A stretch of 64,000 nt of DNA from an archaeon (GTDB taxonomy: Archaea; Micrarchaeota; Micrarchaeia; Norongarragalinales; UBA97): positions 46,852 to 110,851 of the forward strand of contig JAGVFW010000014.1 in assembly GCA_020057405.1 (NCBI GenBank). The letters are read 5' to 3'. Positions 9,657-17,569 of the stretch are shown in pieces. Each line of letters opens with the position of its first letter. Position 1 is the stretch's first letter. The translations under genes and the position numbers were made by a program. The notes under the pieces were generated by a model that did no database searches, was not told the DNA's origin, and saw nothing but the letters and a program-made list of their open reading frames with translations.

Positions 9657-12600
9657 TGGCAGCTCCGGAAGCGGCGGCGAACAGGGAAGTCACTGTCGCC
9701 TCCCCGCGCATGAAGCTTTATCTCGGCGGCCTTAACGACGAGTTTCACCGCGCGTACGCAGTTGCAAGGCAGGCGCGCTCGAAAGGCAAGGACCCGGCAA
9801 CTGACGTCGAGATAGCACCCGCAGAGGACATGGCCGCGCGCGTCGAGGGCCTCGTCGGGCCAAAGGGGATTGCCGAACGCATTCGCGAGCACATGAAAAC
9901 CAAGGACCGCGAGGCAGCCGCGTTTGCAGTTGCAAAGGAGCTCATGCTCGAAGGCGGGGAAATCACCGCCCAGACTCTGCCAAGCGAGAAAGTCAGGCGC
10001 ATCGAGCAGGCGGTTCGCACGGGGCTGGCTCTTGTGACTGAAGGAGTCGTCTCGGCGCCAATCGAAGGCATTTCAAGAGTGCAGGTGCGCAAGAATCCTG
10101 ACGGGAGCGAATTCATTTCAATCGGCTTTGCGGGGCCAATTCGGGGCGCTGGTGGCACGGGCCAGGCTTTTGCCCTTCTCTTGGCCGACTTTTGCAGGCA
10201 GGTTGCGCACATCGGAAACTACCGGCCCCGGCAGGATGAAGTAGAACGGTACGTCGAGGAACTGAATTTGTACGCCAGACGCACGCGCGCGGGCCAGTAC
10301 GTGCCGACTGAAGAGGAAATCAAGCACATTGCAAACAACTGCGCGGTGTGCATTGACGGCGAGCCGAGCGAGGAATACGAGGTCAGCACGAAAAAAGACC
10401 TGCGCGTGACTGTCGCGGATGACACGGGCACTAAAGTCGAGATGGTGACCAACCGCGTGCGAAGCGGCGTTTGCTTAGTCATGAGCGAGGGCGTGTGCCT
10501 CAAGGCGGCTAAAGTGCTGAAAATTACGAAGAAGAACGGCCTTGACTGGCAGTGGGTTGAGAAGCTCATTAAAGTCGCGAAAAAGGACTCGATGAAGATG
10601 GAGCTAAAGCCTTCGTCAAAGTACATGGACGAGATTGTCGCCGGCAGGCCAATCTTTTCCTATCCCATGCGGCCCGGCGGCTTTCGCCTGCGCTACGGCC
10701 GCACGCCGATGACGGGCATTGCAGCAAAGGCGACGCACCCCGCGACGATGGTGGTGCTTGGAGAATTTCCGGCAATCGGCACGCAGCTAAAGGTCGAGCG
10801 GCCCGGCAAGGGGTGCGTGATTACCCCGTGCTCCGACTGCGAACCGCCCATAGTCAAGCTCGCTAATGGTGACGTCGTGCGCGTGAATAGCGCCGAGGAA
10901 GCGCGCGTTCTAGCGCCAGTGATTTCTGAGATTCTCTTCATCGGCGACTTGCTCGTCAACTACGGCGATTTTCTAAAGAGCAACCACGTGCTCGTGCCCT
11001 GCGGGTATAACGAGGAGTGGCACTCGCTTGAACTGGCGGCAAAGGGGATTGAGCTGACGCCTGCACAAGCGAGGCTGCAGCCTGCCGAAGAGGCACTCGA
11101 GCTGTGCAGGACTAAAGGCGTGCCCCTGTCACCTAGGCTGACTTTCTTTTGGAACGACGTCTCGGCACAGCAAATGCAGGAGCTGGCAAGCTGGCTTGAC
11201 GCCGCGAAGTACGAGAGTTCCAAGGGGCTGCTGCAGGCAAGCATGGCGGGGCCAATTGAGGCGAAGGCCAAGCACTGCCTAGAGGAACTGGGCGTGCCCC
11301 ACCGCGTGACGGAAGGCGAGATAGTCATTGGCAGGGACGAGGCGCTCGCGTTGCTCGTATCAATGGGCATGCTTGCTGCAGACGGGAGCAAAAAGGGCCT
11401 CGAACGATTTAACGCGGCGTTTGACGCGCAAAAAACGGGCTTGCAAATTATTGTTGACGCTGCCACCGTGCAAGTGCGAGACAAGTCGGGAACTTACATT
11501 GGCGCGAGCATGGGCCGACCCGAGAAAGCCAAGCCACGAAAGATGAAGCCGCCTGTGCACGCCTTATTTCCCGTTGGCCTGCACGGCGGAAAGCTAAGGA
11601 GCCTAGTGAAGGCAGTAAAGAGCATTGCCGAGGCGGATGTGAAGACGGCCGAACTGGAATTAAACTACCGCGCGTGCCCCGACTGCCAGAAGGAGACTTG
11701 GGAACTCTTGTGCGAGTCTTGCGGCGTGCACACTGTTGGTGCAAACAAGTGCTTCAAGTGCGGCAAGCTCTTTGTCGGCGAGCTTTGCTCCTGCGGTGGC
11801 GAGGGCTCACCAGCTGGCAAGCAGCCCATTTACTTGGAGCGGGCGTTTAGAAGCGCGTGCGAGCGCACCAACTGCAAGCCGGTTGAAGTCAAGGGAGTCG
11901 TCGGCCTCATTTCGGATGCCAAGACTGCCGAGCCGCTTGAGAAGGGCGTGCTTCGCGCGGCGCACGATGTTTCAGTCTTCCGCGACGGCACCATCCGCTT
12001 TGACGCGACTGAAATCCCGCTCACGCACTTCACTTGCAACATGGCAGGCATCACGGTAGGCCAGGCGCGCGAGCTGGGTTACGAGGAAGACGCGTTTGGC
12101 AAGCCATTAGAAGACGAGGGCCAGTGGGTCGAGCTAAAGCCGCAGGACATGATTCTCCACGAGGACGCGGGCGAGTACCTCATGCGCACGGCGCGGTTTG
12201 TCGACGACCTCCTGGTTACTTTCTACGGCATGTCTGCGTACTACAAGCCGCAGACCGTGCGCGACATGATTGGAAAGCACGTCGTTTCGCTTGCGCCCCA
12301 CACTTCAGCCGGGGTTTTATCCCGCGTCATCGGTTTTAATCAAGTTCGCGCGATTCTCGCGCATCCTTACATGCACTGCGCGTGCCGGCGAAACGCCGAC
12401 GGCGACGAGCTTGCGATAATGCTGCTCTTGGATGCGCTCTTGAACTTTTCGCTCGCCTACCTGCCCGCAAGCCGGGGCGGGAAAATGGACGCGCCCCTCG
12501 TTCTTTCAAGCGAGATTAACCCGTCGCAAGTGGATGACGAGGTGCACGCGATGGAGTCAGTGTGGGGCTACCCGCTTGAGTTCTACGAGGCTGCGGCAAA

Positions 12601-13138
12601 ATTCACGCCCCCGGGTGAAGTCAAGGTAGAGACGATTGGCCAGAGGCTTGGCACGCCGGGGCAGTTTGAGGGCATTGGCTTTACAAACACCTGCGAGTTT
12701 GAGGGGGCGCCCTACCAGAGCGCTTACGTGCGGCTTGGGAGCATGGCCGAGAAGCTCCAAATCGAGCTTGAGTTGATGAGCAAAATCCGGGCGGTCGACA
12801 CTGCGGGGGCCGCCGAGCGCATCCTGCTTTCGCACTTCTTCCCCGACATTTACGGCAACCTGCGCTCGTTTAGCAAACAGAGCTTTAGGTGCGTGGAGTG
12901 CAACTTCAAGCACAGGCGCGTGCCCCTCATTGGCAAGTGCAGAAAGTGCGGCGGCAAGCTTCTCCTCACCATCAACCGCGGTGGGGTCGAGAAGTACTTG
13001 AAATTAAGCAAGGCGGTTGCGGAGAAGTACGGCTTGCCCAACTACCTCAAGCAAAGGCTAATGCTTTTGGGGAAAGAAATCGCGAGCATTTTCGAGAACG
13101 AGCAAGTCAAGCAAGTGACGCTGGCGGAATTCGTCTAG
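9656..13138 (+). CDS. polC: DNA polymerase D large subunit DP2
   Basis: APIEGIS, GGFRLRYGR, GRPEKAKPRKM, DGTIRFD, RRNADGDE catalytic region and C-terminal Zn fingers. No intein is seen. Confidence 0.97.
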   Translation: MAAPEAAANREVTVASPRMKLYLGGLNDEFHRAYAVARQARSKGKDPATDVEIAPAEDMAARVEGLVGPKGIAERIREHMKTKDREAAAFAVAKELMLEGGEITAQTLPSEKVRRIEQAVRTGLALVTEGVVSAPIEGISRVQVRKNPDGSEFISIGFAGPIRGAGGTGQAFALLLADFCRQVAHIGNYRPRQDEVERYVEELNLYARRTRAGQYVPTEEEIKHIANNCAVCIDGEPSEEYEVSTKKDLRVTVADDTGTKVEMVTNRVRSGVCLVMSEGVCLKAAKVLKITKKNGLDWQWVEKLIKVAKKDSMKMELKPSSKYMDEIVAGRPIFSYPMRPGGFRLRYGRTPMTGIAAKATHPATMVVLGEFPAIGTQLKVERPGKGCVITPCSDCEPPIVKLANGDVVRVNSAEEARVLAPVISEILFIGDLLVNYGDFLKSNHVLVPCGYNEEWHSLELAAKGIELTPAQARLQPAEEALELCRTKGVPLSPRLTFFWNDVSAQQMQELASWLDAAKYESSKGLLQASMAGPIEAKAKHCLEELGVPHRVTEGEIVIGRDEALALLVSMGMLAADGSKKGLERFNAAFDAQKTGLQIIVDAATVQVRDKSGTYIGASMGRPEKAKPRKMKPPVHALFPVGLHGGKLRSLVKAVKSIAEADVKTAELELNYRACPDCQKETWELLCESCGVHTVGANKCFKCGKLFVGELCSCGGEGSPAGKQPIYLERAFRSACERTNCKPVEVKGVVGLISDAKTAEPLEKGVLRAAHDVSVFRDGTIRFDATEIPLTHFTCNMAGITVGQARELGYEEDAFGKPLEDEGQWVELKPQDMILHEDAGEYLMRTARFVDDLLVTFYGMSAYYKPQTVRDMIGKHVVSLAPHTSAGVLSRVIGFNQVRAILAHPYMHCACRRNADGDELAIMLLLDALLNFSLAYLPASRGGKMDAPLVLSSEINPSQVDDEVHAMESVWGYPLEFYEAAAKFTPPGEVKVETIGQRLGTPGQFEGIGFTNTCEFEGAPYQSAYVRLGSMAEKLQIELELMSKIRAVDTAGAAERILLSHFFPDIYGNLRSFSKQSFRCVECNFKHRRVPLIGKCRKCGGKLLLTINRGGVEKYLKLSKAVAEKYGLPNYLKQRLMLLGKEIASIFENEQVKQVTLAEFV

Positions 13139-13608
13139 AGCCCGTACCAGCGGCGGAGTGCCGCAATCGCCAAGTACCAGTGGTCCTGCGCTTCGCCCGA
13201 AAGGCCGCTTGGCTTGAACCGCGGAATCAGCATGGTGAAAACTTCGCGAAGCAGCTTGGCGTCTGCCTTGCCCTCGATTGGCGTGCTTACGGTGGCGTGG
13301 ATTTGGGGGTCGTCGTCCTTGATTACTCTCTGCCAGTAGTCTTTGGCGTCGTCCTGGAAAAGGCAGGATTTTCCTAACAGCGTCGGCTCGGAGTCTTGGG
13401 GGACCGCGCCGATGTGGAGGGCCGGGCCGTTGAGCTTGTCGTGCATGATTTCAATGACTATGTCGTGCTCGTCGCGGTGGTCGAGCTTGGCGGTGAAGAA
13501 ATAGACATCCCCGTGACCGGTTTGGCTAAACGGTATGCGTTTGGGGATGAAAATCCCCTCGCGCTTTAGCAAGTCAAGCTTGAGGGCGGCAAGCGGGTGT
13601 TCGGCCAT
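13135..13608 (-). CDS. Hypothetical protein
   Basis: 157-aa ORF with ATG start, convergent with DP2; no recognised motif. Confidence 0.6.
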   Translation of the reverse strand: MAEHPLAALKLDLLKREGIFIPKRIPFSQTGHGDVYFFTAKLDHRDEHDIVIEIMHDKLNGPALHIGAVPQDSEPTLLGKSCLFQDDAKDYWQRVIKDDDPQIHATVSTPIEGKADAKLLREVFTMLIPRFKPSGLSGEAQDHWYLAIAALRRWYGL

Positions 13609-13627
13609 GAAGCTAGTTTGGCCCCGG

Positions 13628-13900
13628 CTATAATTTAAGCCCTGCTAGGTGCAGGAGGATGAGGAGTCCCACGCCGGCCAGGCCCAAGACGGCCGTTACC
13701 AGCACGCTAAGAAAGTTGATTCCGATTTTGATGCCGTAGGCGCCGCCAAGCCAGTTGACGAGAATGAGTGCGATGAGGCCGATGACGGTGTTGACCAGAA
13801 GCTTGCGCAAAAAGCCGACTAGGAAAATCGTGATTGCGATGAAGGCGATTGCGATGACTAGTAGAATCCAAATCGGGATTGCGAGGAACTCAAGAACCAT
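13628..13900 (-). CDS. Small membrane protein (BofA-like)
   Basis: Three TM helices; KLLVNTVIGLIALILVN...IGINFLSVLVTAVLGLAGV resembles the BofA-family pattern. Confidence 0.7.
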   Translation of the reverse strand: MVLEFLAIPIWILLVIAIAFIAITIFLVGFLRKLLVNTVIGLIALILVNWLGGAYGIKIGINFLSVLVTAVLGLAGVGLLILLHLAGLKL

Positions 13901-14027
13901 CGGGTCTCATCTTCTCCTTTAGTTTTCGGTAGACTCCCATCAAAATGAAGACCGCGACGATGGCGCCGATGCCCAGGGCAAGCAGGAACCAGATTGGAAT
14001 CGAGTCGAAGTTGTCAAAGAGCGCCAT
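13890..14027 (-). CDS. 45-aa single-pass membrane protein
   Basis: Translated by hand: MALFDNFDSIPIWFLLALGIGAIVAVFILMGVYRKLKEKMRPDGS. GGTGA lies upstream and the stop overlaps the next gene's start. Confidence 0.65.
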   Translation of the reverse strand: MALFDNFDSIPIWFLLALGIGAIVAVFILMGVYRKLKEKMRPDGS

Positions 14028-14075
14028 TTTTTCACCAAAAAAATATTGTTGGAGCCGCTTTGGCCCCGAATGATT

Positions 14076-14246
14076 TTAGCAGTCGTGCGCCATTACGGTC
14101 TGCCTGCCGTTTGCCTTCGCGCGCGCTGCAGCTGCGCCTAGCAATGCCGCAACCTGGCGGTCAAGCGCTTCGAAAACACTGCCTGAAGTTCGCATGCCCT
14201 TCTTCTTGAAAAAGTCTCCAACTTCGCTCTTTACAACAAGTCCCAT
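14076..14246 (-). CDS. Short prokaryotic histone-fold protein (56 aa)
   Basis: Translated by hand: MGLVVKSEVGDFFKKKGMRTSGSVFEALDRQVAALLGAAAARAKANGRQTVMAHDC. Has histone L1 (MRTS) and L2 (RAKANGRQTV...D) motifs and a GAGGTG SD. Confidence 0.85.
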   Translation of the reverse strand: MGLVVKSEVGDFFKKKGMRTSGSVFEALDRQVAALLGAAAARAKANGRQTVMAHDC

Positions 14247-14371
14247 CGCAAAACACCTCGGAGAAAGGAGGGCGGGGGCGGATAAAAAGGCTTTTGGTGG
14301 CCGTTTGAGACGGTTTTTGGCAAAAAGCTCTTAAGCGCACGCCGCGAAGAATGGCTTGAGGATTAGCGCCG

Positions 14372-15028
14372 GTGTACTATAGACTCAAGGATTTCATCAA
14401 CGCGAATTGGGACCGGATTCCTGCCGGTCGCAACATCAGGCGGGATCAGTGTGTGCTAAGAAAGCACGACAACCTCGTCATTACGAGGCCCACGGTGGCA
14501 GTAGTTCGAAAAGCGCGCGCCATTCGCGACTATAGGGATACCGAATTCCGCGTGATTGCGTGGCCGCACCCTTCGCTCTCGCACGAAATCGAGTTGTCGT
14601 CCAAAATCGCGGGAAACTTTCCAGGCAGCGACGCGCCCGGAGCGATTGGCACGCTGCGCTTTTCAGTCGGGCGGTTCAAGACCCGCTTGTCGCGCCACAA
14701 GTACAAAGTGGTGATGGAGTATGGCCAAACGCATTACAAGACGAGCCCCGAGTACCCCGGCGACCCGACGGTTAGCCGTGAGATTGCAGACGAGCACACT
14801 CGCTGGCGCCGGCCCTCGCTTGTGCACGCGATTGAGTTGGCGGCGCAGCTTGGGACCGTGTTCTTGATTGACATCAACAGCTTCGACCTCCAGCGCCACT
14901 TCCACCGCGTTCACCCCAAATTCCTGACGTCGTTTGAGAAAGACTTGAACGCGGCAGTAAAGCAGACGGGCGCGCAAATGGTCAGGGACGAAAACCACAT
15001 TGTCATACGGCCGGCAAGCAAAAAGTAG
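14372..15028 (+). CDS. Hypothetical protein
   Basis: 218-aa ORF filling the gap between the histone and glyS; no motif; start uncertain. Confidence 0.55.
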   Translation: MYYRLKDFINANWDRIPAGRNIRRDQCVLRKHDNLVITRPTVAVVRKARAIRDYRDTEFRVIAWPHPSLSHEIELSSKIAGNFPGSDAPGAIGTLRFSVGRFKTRLSRHKYKVVMEYGQTHYKTSPEYPGDPTVSREIADEHTRWRRPSLVHAIELAAQLGTVFLIDINSFDLQRHFHRVHPKFLTSFEKDLNAAVKQTGAQMVRDENHIVIRPASKK

Positions 15029-15034
15029 TGGCCG

Positions 15035-16609
15035 CTATTCCGGCGCTTTCTCGACGCGCGTGACGGGCTCGCCTGCGTCGTCGAACTTTAGCGTGCCAGC
15101 GAAAAGCTGTCGAATGGTGTCGGCGAGCTTCTTTGCGGGGAGGCGCACTTGCTTTGTCGTCTCGCGGTCGCGCATGGTGACGGTGTGGTCCTTTAGAGTG
15201 TCGTAGTCGATTGTGACGCAGTAGGGGACGCCGACTTCGTCGTAGCGCGCGTAGCGCTTGCCGACAGAGCCGCTCGCGTCGTATTCTGCGCGGAACTCTT
15301 TTTTGAGTGCTTCGAAGACTTGCATTGCCTTTTCGTCAAGGCCGTTTCGCTTCATGAGGGGCAGGATGGCGATGTCTAATGGCGCGACTCCGTGCTTTAG
15401 GTGGAGGACAATAGTGCTGCCTTCGCCTGAGGCGGCAGCGGCGCCTTCGCCGAAAGCGTCGAGGAGGAGGGTGAAGATGAGGCGTTCGCTGCCGAAGGAG
15501 GGCTCGAAGCAGTAGGGAACGACTTTTGCCTTGAGTTCCTCGTCGAAGACGCTCAAGTCTGCGCCTGAGTGGGCGGCGTGTTGCTTGAGGTCAAAGTCAG
15601 TGCGGTTTGCGAGTCCCGCGAGTTCCTTCCAGCCCCAGGGAAAGTCGTATTCGATGTCCCAAGTTTCGCTAGAGTAGTGCGAGAGTTCGGTTTGGCCGTG
15701 CTTTCTGGCGCGTAGTTTGCCTGGCTTGATGCCTAAGTCGTAGAGAAAGTTGAAGCACTCGGCGAGCCAGTAGGCGTGCCATCGCGTGCCGATGAGTTTG
15801 GCGGTCAGCGCGGCTTCGAGAGTCATTATTTTGCCTGGCGAGCCTTTTTCGCGCTCGTCTTGGGTGACTAGGAGGAGCTCTTGGGCGAGCATTTGCTTGG
15901 TGAGTTGCGGGCAGTCGTTTAGTTTTTGGGGGTGGATGAAGTACTCTAGCTCCATTTGAGTGAACTCACGGGAGCGAAAGACGAAGTTTCGGGGCGCGAT
16001 TTCGTTTCTGAAGCTTTTGCCGATTTGGGCGATGCCGAACGGGAGTTTGCCGCGGCTTGCCGTGAGTGCTGTCTTGAAGTTGGTGAAAATGACTTGTGCT
16101 GTCTCGGGGCGCAGGAAGGCGTCGGAAGCGGCAGTGTCTTTTGCGCCGACCTTGGTTTTGAACATGAGGTTGAAGGGTGACTTGAAGGCGAGGGAGCCCT
16201 TGCACTTGGGGCAGGCGACTTTGTGTTTTGTGAGGAGTTCTTCGAGGCTCGTGATTGAGAGGCCGTCGACGCTCTCGCCCGTTTGTTCTTCGATTAGCGA
16301 GTCGGCGCGGTAGCGCTCGTGGCACTTTTCGCACTCGACCAGCGGGTCGTTGAAGCTCTCGGCATGCCCGCTTGCTTGCCAGACTGTGGGGTGGGTGATG
16401 ATGCTGCCCTCAAGGCCGGTGACGTCGAGGCGGTGCTCAACAAAGCGCTTCCACCATAAGGTCTCGACGTTGCGTTTGAGTTGCGCGCCGTAGCCGACGA
16501 AGTCGAAGAAGCCCGCGTAGCCGCCGTAGATTTCGCTGGATTGGACTATGAGCCCGCGGCGTGAGCACAAGTTAATTACTTTTTGAGCCAAGTCTGGTTC
16601 TTTAGCCAT
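15035..16609 (-). CDS. glyS: Glycine--tRNA ligase (alpha2 type)
   Basis: SEIYGG, LRPETAQ, GKSFRNEIAPRNFVFRSREFTQMELE, EPSFG and the anticodon domain GKRYARYDEVG. Confidence 0.96.
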   Translation of the reverse strand: MAKEPDLAQKVINLCSRRGLIVQSSEIYGGYAGFFDFVGYGAQLKRNVETLWWKRFVEHRLDVTGLEGSIITHPTVWQASGHAESFNDPLVECEKCHERYRADSLIEEQTGESVDGLSITSLEELLTKHKVACPKCKGSLAFKSPFNLMFKTKVGAKDTAASDAFLRPETAQVIFTNFKTALTASRGKLPFGIAQIGKSFRNEIAPRNFVFRSREFTQMELEYFIHPQKLNDCPQLTKQMLAQELLLVTQDEREKGSPGKIMTLEAALTAKLIGTRWHAYWLAECFNFLYDLGIKPGKLRARKHGQTELSHYSSETWDIEYDFPWGWKELAGLANRTDFDLKQHAAHSGADLSVFDEELKAKVVPYCFEPSFGSERLIFTLLLDAFGEGAAAASGEGSTIVLHLKHGVAPLDIAILPLMKRNGLDEKAMQVFEALKKEFRAEYDASGSVGKRYARYDEVGVPYCVTIDYDTLKDHTVTMRDRETTKQVRLPAKKLADTIRQLFAGTLKFDDAGEPVTRVEKAPE

Positions 16610-16710
16610 AAACGATGCACCTTTTCCCTGCGCCTGGAATGGTCAGTGGCAGAAAAAGCTGTTTATTGGGTTAGGCGCGAAAGCGAATTTAAAGCAGGAG
16701 GGTGGGAAGG

Positions 16711-16947
16711 CTAGCGCCGTTTTTTCCTTGCCTTTAGGTATGCCGTCATTAGCTTGCTCCACACGTGAAGCACCTTGGAACTGAGCTTTCGGTTTAGTTC
16801 CACGCAGTTCTTGCAATCTTGCGTAAATCGCCACATTTCATCTTCAGTTGCGTCAACGCTCTTGTGCTTGTCACACAAGTTCCAAGCAATTGCCAGGTTT
16901 TCAAGAGCGTCAAGCTCGTTGTTTGAGATTTCGATTTCAACTCTCAT
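16711..16947 (-). CDS. Hypothetical protein
   Basis: 78 aa with a GGTGA SD upstream; contains CxxH and CxxC. Confidence 0.55.
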   Translation of the reverse strand: MRVEIEISNNELDALENLAIAWNLCDKHKSVDATEDEMWRFTQDCKNCVELNRKLSSKVLHVWSKLMTAYLKARKKRR

Positions 16948-17036
16948 TCAATCACCACACTAGGTATACGACACGATGAAAATGGTTGCTTTCGGAAGTG
17001 GCTTGCCGGACAGCCGCCGCTTTAGCTTGAAGGCCG

Positions 17037-17507
17037 CTAGGCGACTCGGGTGCCGAAGTACTTGTTTAGCACAGCCGGGCCTGCGGGACTGGCGAGTAAG
17101 GTCTTGTGCCAGGTTTTTAGGTGTGGCTTGATTTCGGCGATTGTGAACTTGTAAGTTCCTTCTGCGCCCGTAAGCTTGAAAGCCAGGATTGCGTTTCTAA
17201 GCTTTTCTGCGCTGACGAAGTGAAAGTAGTTGTTGTGGACGAGGACGACGTGGTGGGCGTCATTGTTTCTCCACGCTAAAACGCCGTCGTCAATCTTCTC
17301 AAGGCGGAGGGCAACGCCCATGCCGTTAACTGATTTAACCTCAACTTTCTTGCCGTTTGAAAGCACAAAATCGTGGCCCTTGGCCTTTCCGGTCGAAACC
17401 GCGTTTGGCAGCATCAACTGGACCTTTTTTTCGGCAGCCCTACCCGCATTCTCAATTTGCCGCTGTATTTTTGGCGTCAATTTGGTTAGCTTTATTCTCG
17501 TTGGCAT
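17037..17507 (-). CDS. Putative PD-(D/E)xK nuclease-fold protein
   Basis: AEKKV...HDFVLSNGKKVEVKS fits E...D-xn-ExK; AGGTG SD. Confidence 0.55.
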   Translation of the reverse strand: MPTRIKLTKLTPKIQRQIENAGRAAEKKVQLMLPNAVSTGKAKGHDFVLSNGKKVEVKSVNGMGVALRLEKIDDGVLAWRNNDAHHVVLVHNNYFHFVSAEKLRNAILAFKLTGAEGTYKFTIAEIKPHLKTWHKTLLASPAGPAVLNKYFGTRVA

Positions 17508-17569
17508 GCAAACACCTAGCTCCCCGCCGCTTTAAATAGCTTTGACGACAATATAGTTACGAAATTTAC

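Noticed and set aside
9656-13138. Intein in DP2
   Set aside because: Length and continuous motifs are consistent with an intein-free protein
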